DNA of 64,000 nucleotides. Origin: Bacilli bacterium. GTDB taxonomy: Bacteria > Bacillota_I > Bacilli_A > RFN20 > CAG-826. Of this stretch, positions 19,788-29,276 are shown piece after piece; within the stretch, counting starts at the first letter, position 1, and the number at the start of each line of letters is the position of its first letter. Below the pieces are notes generated by a model. The model saw nothing but the letters and a program-made list of their open reading frames with translations, was not told where the DNA came from and did no database searches. Where the stretch lies: assembly GCA_041652475.1 (NCBI GenBank), contig JBAZHG010000002.1, positions 22,591 to 86,590 of the forward strand. The letters are read 5' to 3'. The translations under genes were made by a program, and so were the position numbers.

Positions 19788-20537
19788 CTAATCGTTTTCA
19801 AGATAGCGATTCTTCAGCCTTTCGATCTCGGTCGGGCCGAGGCCCAGCTGCTCGGCCACATATCGGTCAAGCGATCCGAATTCCCGGTCGATGGCGCTGA
19901 AATACTCGTCGAGGTATTCCTTTCTGGCGAGGTAAAACACCTCGTGGAAGTTTATTTCCTCTTCGTCGTCGGGATCGACATCGAGCAAAATTTGCTTTAG
20001 AAGCGGTTCCATGATCTCGTTGGTGAGGAGATGCTCGCGGTAAATCGTTTCCATGTCACACCCGAGCAGGTATAGAAGCAGGGCGCTGGCGACCCCGGTT
20101 CGGTCTTTGCCGGAAGTGCAATGCCACAAGATCGATCCTTGATCATGTTCCAAAATAATCTTGAAGTAACGTCTAAAAGCTTCGATGGCCTCGGGGTTGA
20201 CGGCCAAGGACCGGTAGATGCCCCGGAAGAATTCATCGGGTGGCACCGGGATATTTCGGTCATAGGAATGGTTTTCAAGGTAATGGAGGACGTAGAGATG
20301 ATGATGGGACACGGTTTCGTCGATCCGATCGGGTTTGTTCTTAAAGGATTTGGTCGACCGGAAATCGACCACCGTCTTCAGTTGGTAATCATCCTTCAAG
20401 ATCTTTAGATCTTCAGGGGTCAGCCGATGGAGGTCGCTGCTCCGGAGCAGCAGCTTGGCCTTGACGCGCCGGCCGTCTTTGGTCGTGGCGCCGCCGAGGT
20501 CGCGGATGTTTTCGATTGAGTCGAATTTCAGGAACAT
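19788..20537 (-). CDS. Protein-tyrosine-phosphatase-like protein (Y_phosphatase3 family, CX5R)
   Basis: 'IENIRDLGG' N-terminal motif and active-site loop 'HCTSGKDRTG'. Confidence 0.8.
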   Translation of the reverse strand: MFLKFDSIENIRDLGGATTKDGRRVKAKLLLRSSDLHRLTPEDLKILKDDYQLKTVVDFRSTKSFKNKPDRIDETVSHHHLYVLHYLENHSYDRNIPVPPDEFFRGIYRSLAVNPEAIEAFRRYFKIILEHDQGSILWHCTSGKDRTGVASALLLYLLGCDMETIYREHLLTNEIMEPLLKQILLDVDPDDEEEINFHEVFYLARKEYLDEYFSAIDREFGSLDRYVAEQLGLGPTEIERLKNRYLEND

Positions 20538-20542
20538 GGAGG

Positions 20543-21502
20543 TTATTTCACTCCTTCTTCAACGACTAAAGGAACGCGGCGAACCGGTATCTCGATGTCT
20601 TTATAAGCAATGACGTAGGTCTTCGAAGCCAAATCGTGGGGCCCCCGGAACCCCGAGACAATCGAAATCATGATCAAGGTGACGAAGTTTGGCACCAAGG
20701 TGAAATAGGCGAACTCGACGTAGAGGAGGATTGGTAACCACAAATTGAATAAGAGCAAAACCAAAAAACGTAAAACCACTTGATGGTTTTTAACCCGGGT
20801 GTCGTCACGGGCGTCGGCCAAGCCTAGTTTGAATAGGAGTTGGACGGGAGTGGATCCCTTTTTGCTGACGAGCGGCACGAGTAGATATACGATTGCCGCT
20901 CCAAGGGTCAAACTGAAGAGGCTCGTGAACACCACGATGTAGAAAGTCGCCCGCATATCGCTCACGTAGATCGGATTGTCTTCGAAGAAATCCAAGGCCG
21001 AATCATAAGCGTCTTTAAAGAATTCGAGCAAATCCTCATCGGAAACGGAATCTAGGGCTACCGGATTGGGACCTTCGTCCAGTTCGAAATAACCCGAATC
21101 CAATTTGGTTTGATAATAAAACTGAAGGCGACCGGCGGACAGGGCCCGCGCGTCATGGCCATAAAAATAAACGATGCCCGGATCATAATGTCCTTCCGGA
21201 TCGGTCTCTTCGACGTAAGCCTCCGTCAAGGTCAAATATCCGTTCGTGTCGTTTTCGACGTATAGATGGGAATCATCCATCAGTTGATGGATTTCGTCGA
21301 CGCGGGTGTGATAGCCGAACCACTCGAAGGCCGTATGGTATAGCGCGGTTTCGATCCCGGCGAAAAGGGCGGCCACCAAAAGGAAATCGACCAAGGCCAC
21401 GAACATGCGCGTCAATAGCGACGGCTTGGGCAAACTGCGCGGTTTGACGACATCGGCCGGAGTTGGTTTTTTTTGTTGCGAAAGCAGTTCGGATTGTTTC
21501 AT
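20543..21502 (-). CDS. RDD-family-like integral membrane protein
   Basis: 319 aa. After a basic N-terminus comes 'LLTRMFVALVDFLLVAALFAG', an RDD-like first helix. More TM helices lie at the C-terminus, with a ~130-aa soluble insert between. The family call is tentative. Confidence 0.45.
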   Translation of the reverse strand: MKQSELLSQQKKPTPADVVKPRSLPKPSLLTRMFVALVDFLLVAALFAGIETALYHTAFEWFGYHTRVDEIHQLMDDSHLYVENDTNGYLTLTEAYVEETDPEGHYDPGIVYFYGHDARALSAGRLQFYYQTKLDSGYFELDEGPNPVALDSVSDEDLLEFFKDAYDSALDFFEDNPIYVSDMRATFYIVVFTSLFSLTLGAAIVYLLVPLVSKKGSTPVQLLFKLGLADARDDTRVKNHQVVLRFLVLLLFNLWLPILLYVEFAYFTLVPNFVTLIMISIVSGFRGPHDLASKTYVIAYKDIEIPVRRVPLVVEEGVK

Positions 21503-21568
21503 TTAAATAACGCCATTAATCGAGGGATGGCTCATCCATCGTCAAAACGGATGGACGGCCGTCAATCG

Positions 21569-22681
21569 CTAGAGGACTTGGCACGACCCGATGGCGATGC
21601 TCTTCTTAGAAGCGGGATCGAATAAGACAATCGTATCTCCGACGATGTCGAATTGGATTTTTTGGTCGAAGGCATAGTCGACGGCGCCGAATTGGACCGC
21701 CGATAGGATCGTGCTGTCCAAATTGATTTTGACGGTCGTTTCCATGCCGGAGGGAAGCGTCGAATAGGCCAATCCTTCAATCGGGCCGTTTTCCTTGACG
21801 AGCAGGAATTCAGGCCGGATGCCGACGATGACTTGATCCGAGGCCAAATCGATCGGTCCCTTGGACGTGAAATTCACCTTGATGTTCAAGAATTCAAGGG
21901 CGACTTTCCGTTCGGACACCTTCTTGGCTCGAGCCGGGATGAAGTTCATGGTCGGGCTCCCGACGAAATCGGCCACGAAAAGGTTGGCCGGATTATTGTA
22001 AATGGTCAAGGGTTTGTCGTATTGCTGCATCAAACCTTTGTCTAATAGGCACGTCCGGGTGGCCAAGGTCATGGCCTCGAGTTGGTCGTGGGTCACGTAG
22101 ACGAAGGTCGAATCGGTGTCTTTATGGAGCCGTTTGAGTTCGGTCCGCATCTCGCCCCGGAGTTTGGCGTCAAGGTTGGAAAGCGGTTCGTCCATGAAGA
22201 GGACCTGGGGCCGGGGGGCCAAGGTCCGGGCGATGGCGACGCGCTGTTGCTGGCCGCCGCTGATCTCGTTGGGGTAGCGGTTTCGGAATTCTTCGATCCG
22301 AAGGGTCTTCATGACTTCTTCGACGCGGGCATCGATGTCAGCCTTTTTCCATTTGAGGTTTTCAAGCCCGAAGGAAATGTTCTTGTAGACGGTCATGTGG
22401 GGCCAAAGGGCATAATTTTGGAATAAAAAGCCGATGTCCCGCTTGGCCGGGGAAATGTTGACGCCGGTCGTGCTGTCATAGACGATCCGGTCGCCGATGA
22501 CGATCTTGCCTTCGGTCGGGGTCTCGAGGCCGGCAATCATGCGCAGCGTCGTCGTTTTGCCGCAGCCCGACGGGCCCAACAAGGTGACGAATTCGCGATC
22601 TTCGATCACCATGGTCAGGTGGTCGACGGCGACGAAAGAGCCCCATTTCTTGGTAACGTTGATTAATTCGATTTTTGGCAT
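21569..22681 (-). CDS. ABC importer ATP-binding protein (MalK/PotA/FbpC type with C-terminal regulatory/TOBE-like domain)
   Basis: Walker A 'GPSGCGKTT', signature 'ISGGQQQRVAIART', Walker B 'LFMDEPLSNLD', and a ~130-aa C-terminal extension. Confidence 0.9.
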   Translation of the reverse strand: MPKIELINVTKKWGSFVAVDHLTMVIEDREFVTLLGPSGCGKTTTLRMIAGLETPTEGKIVIGDRIVYDSTTGVNISPAKRDIGFLFQNYALWPHMTVYKNISFGLENLKWKKADIDARVEEVMKTLRIEEFRNRYPNEISGGQQQRVAIARTLAPRPQVLFMDEPLSNLDAKLRGEMRTELKRLHKDTDSTFVYVTHDQLEAMTLATRTCLLDKGLMQQYDKPLTIYNNPANLFVADFVGSPTMNFIPARAKKVSERKVALEFLNIKVNFTSKGPIDLASDQVIVGIRPEFLLVKENGPIEGLAYSTLPSGMETTVKINLDSTILSAVQFGAVDYAFDQKIQFDIVGDTIVLFDPASKKSIAIGSCQVL

Positions 22682-22687
22682 GGTTGC

Positions 22688-24568
22688 TTAGCCTCCGATT
22701 CCTTTGTCAATGGATGCGCCGGTCAGTTTATTGATCAAGAGATTGATTCCAATGACGAACAAGACAATCAACAAGTTGATGCCGTTGCTGATCTGGTTCA
22801 TTCCATAAATGTCGTAGAACTGCAAGACGTTGGTGATGAGCGAGAAACTCGACGTAATCAAAACGAAGAGCGTCAATTCGCGCATGCACGAGATAAACGG
22901 CAGAAGATAGCCGCTGATGAAGCTGGATTTTTGGATTGGGAACAAGACCCGGGTCATGCGTTTCCACCAGGGGCACCCGGTGATGATGGCCGCTTCCTCG
23001 ATTTCGCCGGATACTTGGAGCATGGCGTTGGTGCCGCTGCGCGAGGCGAAGGGCAAGAATTTGATCGAGGCGGCGATGACGCAGATCAAGACGGCCGACA
23101 TTTCGTTGTTGGTGCTGGCGACGTTAAGCCATTGAAATCCTGACTTGTACGACAGCGAGAAGAAAATGGCCCCGAAGCTGAGCGCCGGGATCAAATAGGG
23201 CAAGAAGGCCGTGCTCGAGACGAAATTGGCGATGCGCGAATGGCGTTTTTTGCTGACGGCGTAGCCGATTAGAATCCCAAAGGTTCCTGAGATCAACGAC
23301 ACGATTGCGGCCACGAGGACACTGCGTCCGAAAGCCCGCCAGACGGTGAAGTTGTGGAAGATGCCCTGAGCCGATTGGCCTTGGGCGGTAATCCGCACGT
23401 CGAACACTTCGGTACTGAACCAATATTTAAAGGTAAGCGACGACCAGTCACCCGAAGTTTCCTGAAGGCTTTCAAGCACGAACGAAATAAGGGGGAACAC
23501 GGCGAAGAAGGTCACGAAGATGACAATCAAGCCGCCGACGACCCAGCGGATCCATTCCTGGTTTCCGATGCGGAATTTGCTGACTTGGCCTGATTTGCCG
23601 CTGATGGTCGTGAAACTGCGGCGCGAGCGGGTGAACCAATTGTTGATCGTTAAGATCAACACGCTGAACAAGAGCAATATGACGGCCACGACGTAGCCTT
23701 GTCCTTTCTTGCCCGCAGTTATCAGCAATCCGCGCATAACGATTGATATCGAGGTGAAACTGTTGTTGGGATTGAGGAAGGCCGGCACCGTGTAGCTCGA
23801 GATTGAACTGGCAAAGACGAGCAAGATGGTCGAAATGAGGGCCGGGGCCACGATTGGGAGCGTGATCTTGTATAACACCCGGAGGCGGGAGGCCTTGAGG
23901 ATGGTGGCCGCCTCTTCGAGGTTGGCATCCATGTTGCGAAGGATGCCGCCAATCAGGATGTAGGCGAACGGAGCGTAGTGGATCCCCAAGACGATGGCGC
24001 ACGGCACGAGCCCATAGACGAAGTTCTCCGGGACGGCAATGCCGGTCAAGGATTGCAAGATTCCCATCTGATAGTTGGCCGAAGCGATGGTCGTGTTCTT
24101 GAAGAAGTTTTCCCAAAACATGGCAATCGACCACGAGGGCATGATGTACGGGAAGATGAATACGATCGAGATGTATTTTTTAAAGGGCAGGTTGCTCCTG
24201 GTAATGAGCCAGGCCAAGATTCCGCCACCCAAGACGGCGATGCCGCAGGCCAATAACGCCATTAAGATGGATTTCCAGAGCGGTTGCCAGAAGAAATAAG
24301 ACGAATAATCGCTGTTGACGTTGAAGAGTAAATTGGGCCAATGGGCCCAGGTGAAGTCGCCTTTGCGAATCGCTAATTCCCAAATATCGTTGATTTCATT
24401 GGCTTCCGAGATGCTTTGGACCGTGAATGAGTCGATAACCAATGAAATGAGCGGATAGACGACCGAAACCGACAAAAGGATCGTAAAGAATAACAAGATG
24501 ATGTTGGCCGGTTTCGAGAAAAAGGATTTCGTCGAATTCCACATTTTGCCAAATGACAGGGTGTTCAT
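22688..24568 (-). CDS. Fused double-domain ABC importer permease (COG1178 FbpB/AfuB/ThiP type)
   Basis: 626 aa with ~12 TM helices. Two BPD_transp_1-like halves each carry an EAA-type loop ('LEEAATILKASRLRVLYKITLPI', 'IEEAAIITGCPWWKRMTRVLFPI'). Confidence 0.85.
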   Translation of the reverse strand: MNTLSFGKMWNSTKSFFSKPANIILLFFTILLSVSVVYPLISLVIDSFTVQSISEANEINDIWELAIRKGDFTWAHWPNLLFNVNSDYSSYFFWQPLWKSILMALLACGIAVLGGGILAWLITRSNLPFKKYISIVFIFPYIMPSWSIAMFWENFFKNTTIASANYQMGILQSLTGIAVPENFVYGLVPCAIVLGIHYAPFAYILIGGILRNMDANLEEAATILKASRLRVLYKITLPIVAPALISTILLVFASSISSYTVPAFLNPNNSFTSISIVMRGLLITAGKKGQGYVVAVILLLFSVLILTINNWFTRSRRSFTTISGKSGQVSKFRIGNQEWIRWVVGGLIVIFVTFFAVFPLISFVLESLQETSGDWSSLTFKYWFSTEVFDVRITAQGQSAQGIFHNFTVWRAFGRSVLVAAIVSLISGTFGILIGYAVSKKRHSRIANFVSSTAFLPYLIPALSFGAIFFSLSYKSGFQWLNVASTNNEMSAVLICVIAASIKFLPFASRSGTNAMLQVSGEIEEAAIITGCPWWKRMTRVLFPIQKSSFISGYLLPFISCMRELTLFVLITSSFSLITNVLQFYDIYGMNQISNGINLLIVLFVIGINLLINKLTGASIDKGIGG

Positions 24569-24595
24569 TTATCAATCTCCGCTATTAATATTAAC

Positions 24596-24630
24596 AACGG
24601 GAGAAACCATAGTGATAGATTTCTCCCGTT
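24596..24630 (-). other. Intercistronic stem-loop between binding-protein and permease genes
   Basis: Perfect 11-bp inverted repeat AACGGGAGAAA (24596-24606) / TTTCTCCCGTT (24620-24630) with a 13-nt loop. It lies in the 96-nt gap between the two genes. Confidence 0.5.
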
Positions 24631-24664
24631 TTGAGTCAAAAACGACTAAGTAGCGTGATTCTTA

Positions 24665-25957
24665 TTAAGCTTTGTCGTTGCTGGAAACTAACGCGAGAAT
24701 GGTGTTGATCGTCGCGGCTTTGACGGTGCTTAAGTAAGCAAAGTCTTCGTTGATGGACTTGGCGATCCATTGATCCTTGGTCCAGTCGTTGTCATTGATG
24801 CCAACGGTGGTCGAGGTGCACGGATAGTAATAGCCGTACATGTTGGCGGGATCGCCAGCCTTGTTCGGGGTCGAGGCATTGTAGCACATCGTTTGGTAGC
24901 ATTCCGGCGTCAGTAAGAACCGGGCGTATAAGCAAGCGGTGTACGGGTGGGCGGCGTTCTTGACGATTTGGCTGTACATTGTGTACATGAAACCATTAAA
25001 GCCGTCGATTTCTTTGTCCCAGTCGACCGTGGTCATAGCGCTGACTTGTTCTTCACCGACGGTGAATTTGTTGCCGGCGGCGTCTTTCATCTTGGCAAAG
25101 GCTCCGTAATAAATGAACGGATCGACGCCTTCTTGGGCCGTTTCAAGGAATTGGGTTTCCTTCATCGCGGTGCCGTCGCTGCTGTGCCATCTGGAGATGT
25201 TGGCGATGAATTCATGAACGAATTGTTCGCCACAGGAAGTGTAATCTTCGCTTTCAGCCCAATCGGTTCCGTAATAATTCTCATAAGCGGTTTCCAATCT
25301 GGCTTGGTTCTCATCGGCAAAGAGGCTGAGGATGAACGACATGTTGATTTGTTCGGTAATCGGGCTTTGGAACGACAGGTTGTCGAGGTGTTCGGCATCA
25401 TCAGCCGATCCGGCTAATTGCCAGACGTTGTGAAGGTCGACGCCTAAAGTGCTGTTCGAGAAGAAAATCTTGTTGAAGTGGATTCCCTTGAGCGGATAGG
25501 TGTCGGCTTCGGCCAGGCCAAGCGCTTCGTGGTCGCTCGGGATGTAGTTCAAAGTGATTCCGGCTTCGAGGTAGTCCGCTAAACTGCGGGCGTCTTGCAC
25601 CAGGGCGAAGTCGGCAAAGTAGTTTTCGTCGGCTTGTTCAAGGGCGGTTAAAAGGGCGTAGTCCTTGTAGCTGTTGTTGACGAAAGTGTTGACATCGTAT
25701 TCCATCCATTCATAAGTATCGCAGAATTTTTGGAGGGCCTTGGCCAACGTTGAAGTTAATCCGACGACTTTGAACGTTTGGTCCGAAGCTTCCATTTCGG
25801 CCTGCGAGGCCGCTTCGAGTTCTTCGAGCGTCATTTCGCTGGCTTCGGCTACTTTGGCGGCAGTGGAATCATCGGGAGCTTCCGAAGATCCGCATCCAGC
25901 CAACACGGCCGTCGAGGCGAAAAGGGTCGCACATAAAATCAAAAAGGCTTTCTTCAT
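24665..25957 (-). CDS. ABC transporter substrate-binding lipoprotein (ligand unknown)
   Basis: Lipobox 'AVLAGC' is followed by 'GSSEAPDDS'. At 430 aa it is the first gene of the permease/ATPase operon. I see no ligand-specific motif. Confidence 0.7.
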   Translation of the reverse strand: MKKAFLILCATLFASTAVLAGCGSSEAPDDSTAAKVAEASEMTLEELEAASQAEMEASDQTFKVVGLTSTLAKALQKFCDTYEWMEYDVNTFVNNSYKDYALLTALEQADENYFADFALVQDARSLADYLEAGITLNYIPSDHEALGLAEADTYPLKGIHFNKIFFSNSTLGVDLHNVWQLAGSADDAEHLDNLSFQSPITEQINMSFILSLFADENQARLETAYENYYGTDWAESEDYTSCGEQFVHEFIANISRWHSSDGTAMKETQFLETAQEGVDPFIYYGAFAKMKDAAGNKFTVGEEQVSAMTTVDWDKEIDGFNGFMYTMYSQIVKNAAHPYTACLYARFLLTPECYQTMCYNASTPNKAGDPANMYGYYYPCTSTTVGINDNDWTKDQWIAKSINEDFAYLSTVKAATINTILALVSSNDKA

Positions 25958-26145
25958 GTTTTTACTAATCCTCCCCGGATTCTAGTTTATGAAAATATAT
26001 TACCATGTAGCATATTCATAAACAATATTTTTTTTGTAAGCATTTACATTTTTATATTTTTTTCATTTGTAATATGATAAATGGTAGTATTGTAGTAGCA
26101 ACAAATCCCTGATAGACGGTGGTTTGTCGCCCAAAGGAGCCGTCG

Positions 26146-27087
26146 ATGCCGTTAGTCAATACCATCGAAATGTTGAAGGAAGCCAATCGTCACCACTATG
26201 CCGTTGGCTGTTTCAACGTCGATAGCCTGGCGATGGTTCAAGCGGTTTTATGCGCTGCCGAGGCATCGCGCTCACCCGTGATTTTGTCATTTTCCGCGGG
26301 TTCCCGCGAATTCATGCACCCGGGCAACCTCAAAGCCTTAATCGAGACGGTGGCCCAAGACATCACGATTCCCTACGCCATCCACCTCGACCACGGCAAA
26401 TCGTTTGAAATCTGCCGCGCCTGCATCGACGAAGGTTTCACCAGCGTGATGATCGATGGCTCGGCTCACAGTTTCGAGGAAAACGTCGCCATTACAAAAG
26501 ATGTATGCGCCTATGCGCATGCACGAGGGGTCGCCGTCGAAGGCGAACTCGGAGGCCTTGACGCGATTGATAAAAACGACGGTTCCCATTTTACCAATCC
26601 CGAACAAGCGAAAGAATTCGTCTTGAGAACCGGCGTCGACAGTCTGGCGGTCTCCGCGGGCACCGGCCACGGCACCCAAAAGTTCCGCCCGGGAGAGATA
26701 CCTTCGCTCCGCCTTGACATATTGAAAGCCATCAAGGAACTTCTGCCTGATTTCCCGCTGGTGTTCCATGGTTCAAGCAGTGTGCCCAACGATCTAGTCG
26801 CCCAATTCAACCGCTATGGCGGCCAGCTTCAAGGAGCCGTCGGGATTCCCGAAGAACTCCTGAAAGAAGCCATCGCCATCAACGTCAGCAAGATCAACAT
26901 CGGAACCGATTTCCGGTTAGCCTACGTCGGCGCCTTACGGAAGTCCTTAGCCGAAATCGTCGACCGCTACGAACCGCGTCACTTCTTGGCCCCGGCCCGC
27001 ACCGCGGCTCAGAAACTAGTATCCGACAAAATCAATCGTGTCTTCATGAGCGCTAATCGCGTCGAGACAAACAAATCAAATCACTAA
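26146..27087 (+). CDS. Class II (metal-dependent) ketose-bisphosphate aldolase family protein, paralog 1
   Basis: ATG 26146 lies 6 nt after AAGGAG. 'YAVGCFNV', 'IHLDHGKS', 'GTGHGTQKF' and 'LVFHGSSSVP' retain the class II aldolase Zn and catalytic positions. Confidence 0.85.
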   Translation: MPLVNTIEMLKEANRHHYAVGCFNVDSLAMVQAVLCAAEASRSPVILSFSAGSREFMHPGNLKALIETVAQDITIPYAIHLDHGKSFEICRACIDEGFTSVMIDGSAHSFEENVAITKDVCAYAHARGVAVEGELGGLDAIDKNDGSHFTNPEQAKEFVLRTGVDSLAVSAGTGHGTQKFRPGEIPSLRLDILKAIKELLPDFPLVFHGSSSVPNDLVAQFNRYGGQLQGAVGIPEELLKEAIAINVSKINIGTDFRLAYVGALRKSLAEIVDRYEPRHFLAPARTAAQKLVSDKINRVFMSANRVETNKSNH

Positions 27088-27108
27088 AAGCATAGGGAGG
27101 AAATTGTT

Positions 27109-28047
27109 ATGCCGTTAGTTAATTCCAAAGAGCTGTTTCAAAAAGCCTATCGGGGAGGTTACGCCATTGGCGCTTTCAATGTCGACAACGTCGATATTTT
27201 AAAAGCGGTCCTCAAAGCGGCCGAAAAGACCCAATCGCCGGTCATCATCGCCCTTTCAAGCGGAGCTTTGAACTTCATCGGCAAGGATTTCATCCGGCCG
27301 GTGCTCGACGCCGCCATGAAATCGATTACGGTGCCGGTCGTCCTGCACCTCGATCACGGCAAAACCGTTGAACTATGCAAAGAGTGCGTCGACCTCGGTT
27401 TCACGAGCGTCATGATTGACGCTTCCGCATACGATTTTGAAACCAACATCAAGATGACGCGCGAAGTGGTCGAATACGCCCACGCCCACAACGTCACCGT
27501 CGAAAGCGAGCTTGGGGCTATCGCCGGCATCGAAGAAGATATCCACGTCGATGACAAGTACGGACATTTCACCCATCCATCCGACGTCGTCGAATTCGTC
27601 GGCAAGACCAACATCGACAGCCTGGCCATCGCCATCGGGACCGCCCATGGGGCTTTCAAATTCAAACCGGGTCAAAAACCGCAATTGCGGTTTGACATCC
27701 TGGCTGAAATCGAAGAAAAACTCCCGGATTTCCCCTTAGTGCTCCACGGCGCTTCAAGCGTCCCCAAAGCCTCTTTGGATGTCATCAACCAATACGGTGG
27801 CAAGATGGAAGAAGCCGTTGGTATTCCCGAGCCGATGCTTCGGGAAGCTTCCGAACACGCCATTTGCAAGATCAATGTCGGAACCGACCTACGAGTCGCC
27901 TATGTCGGCGCCTTGCGCAAAGCCCTAGTCGAAAATCCCGAGCAATTCGATGCCCGGATGTTCATTACTCCGTCTCTGGACGCCATCACCGCCCTCGTGG
28001 CCGATAAGATGATCAACGTTTTCGGTTCAGCCGGACACGCGCACTAA
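27109..28047 (+). CDS. Class II (metal-dependent) ketose-bisphosphate aldolase family protein, paralog 2
   Basis: Starts 'MPLVNSKE', like paralog 1's 'MPLVNTIE'. 'YAIGAFNV', 'LHLDHGKT', 'GTAHGAFKF' and 'LVLHGASSVP' are present. GGGAGG lies upstream. Confidence 0.85.
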   Translation: MPLVNSKELFQKAYRGGYAIGAFNVDNVDILKAVLKAAEKTQSPVIIALSSGALNFIGKDFIRPVLDAAMKSITVPVVLHLDHGKTVELCKECVDLGFTSVMIDASAYDFETNIKMTREVVEYAHAHNVTVESELGAIAGIEEDIHVDDKYGHFTHPSDVVEFVGKTNIDSLAIAIGTAHGAFKFKPGQKPQLRFDILAEIEEKLPDFPLVLHGASSVPKASLDVINQYGGKMEEAVGIPEPMLREASEHAICKINVGTDLRVAYVGALRKALVENPEQFDARMFITPSLDAITALVADKMINVFGSAGHAH

Positions 28048-28078
28048 TAACCTGTTTTACCTCCTTTTCTATCAAGGG

Positions 28079-28122
28079 AACCGCAACCGACATGCTCCTG
28101 ACGGTTGTGGTTTTCTTTTTTT
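28079..28122 (+). terminator. Rho-independent terminator after the aldolase pair
   Basis: AACCGCAACCG (28079-28089) pairs with CGGTTGTGGTT (28102-28112, one G-U pair). A TTCTTTTTTTG tract follows. Confidence 0.7.
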
Positions 28123-28198
28123 GTGACGCCATCAACCCTTTTGCCAAACCACGGCGTTTATGTCAAAATGGATGGGTTGCCAAGGAGATCTTCCAGAT

Positions 28199-29160
28199 AT
28201 GAAATGGTTGATTGGGCTAAAAGTCGTCGCTCCGTTGTTCATCTTCATGTTCATTGGCTACCTCCTCAAAAAGACGCGTCTCGTCACTCCGTCTTTTATT
28301 GAAGGATTGAATCGATTTTCGTACAAATTCACGATACCAATCGTCGTATTCTATAGTATTTGCTACGCCGATTTTTCCAATTTAAACCTTGATTTGCTAT
28401 GGTTTACGCTTTTGGCATCCACGGTTTTGTTTGGAATCTTAGCGTTGGTCATCCATCTATCGATCGGCGACAACAAGAAAAAGGGCGCCGTCATCCAGGG
28501 TTTCGTCCGGATCAACCAAGTGTTGTTTGCCATCCCCTTGCTCACCAACATGTACGGGCCTCGGCCTCCGGGGTGTCGGCTGTTTTGACCTCCTTGATGA
28601 TTCCAATCAGCAACATCATCGCCGTGTCGATGCTCACCTATTACCAAAACAACGGCCATGTCTCTTGGAAACTGATATTGCTCGGCATCGTCAAGAATCC
28701 GTTCATCATCGCGACCTTGGCCGGTTTAGCCGTTTTCCTAATCAATTCATGGTTTCCGATCGTCGCCGCCTATACGCCCGATCTATTGGTCGACACCCTG
28801 GCGACCATCGCCGCTTTCGCCACCCCGTTGGCCTTGATTGCCTTGGGGGCCGACATGTCCTTTTCGAAACAGGAAATCTTCTATGACGTCAAGCATACGG
28901 TTTTGATTGCCGTCCTCCGATTGATCGTCGTTCCGGCGGCCATCGTCTCGCTCGGTGTTTGGTATGGTTTCCGCGGGGTTGAACTCGGTGGCCTTCTCGT
29001 CGTCTTGGGGGCCCCCTCGGCCGTGTCCGGCTATCAAATGGCGATCCAGCTCAACTCCGATGCGCGCCTGGCCCGTCAAGCCATCATCTATACCAGCCTC
29101 CTTTCTCTTGTCACCTTGTCCCTATTCATAACCCTTCTTTACAATTTGAATTTGCTATAA
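28199..29160 (+). pseudogene. AEC-family (auxin efflux carrier-like) transporter interrupted by a single-base frameshift
   Basis: The N-terminal half 'MKWLIGLKVVAPLFIFMFIGYLL...LTNMYG' is in one frame (stop at 28586-28588). The C-terminal half '...ASASGVSAVLTSLMIPISN...LGAPSAVSGYQMA...' continues in the -1 frame. The junction is at the GGG run 28556-28558. Confidence 0.7.
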
Positions 29161-29276
29161 AATCGCCTCGAGACGACCAACGAGCCCTCCGCCTTTAGGC
29201 GCCGCCGTCATTTTCTTAACGTTTTTAGTGCAAATCGGCCTCCATAGGACTATGCTTATCACGTTGGACCCGCACT

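Noticed and set aside
23472-24134. 220-aa and smaller same-strand alternative-frame ORFs inside the fused ABC permease gene.
   Set aside because: Their translations are Arg/Pro/His/Gln-rich and not membrane-like. The annotated frame gives 12 TM helices and two EAA loops.
28160-28198. Upstream ATG (28160) extending the AEC transporter by 13 residues ('MSKWMGCQGDLPD').
   Set aside because: The extension is non-hydrophobic and lacks a ribosome-binding site. ATG 28199 follows AAGGAG (28182-28187) and begins a typical AEC first helix.
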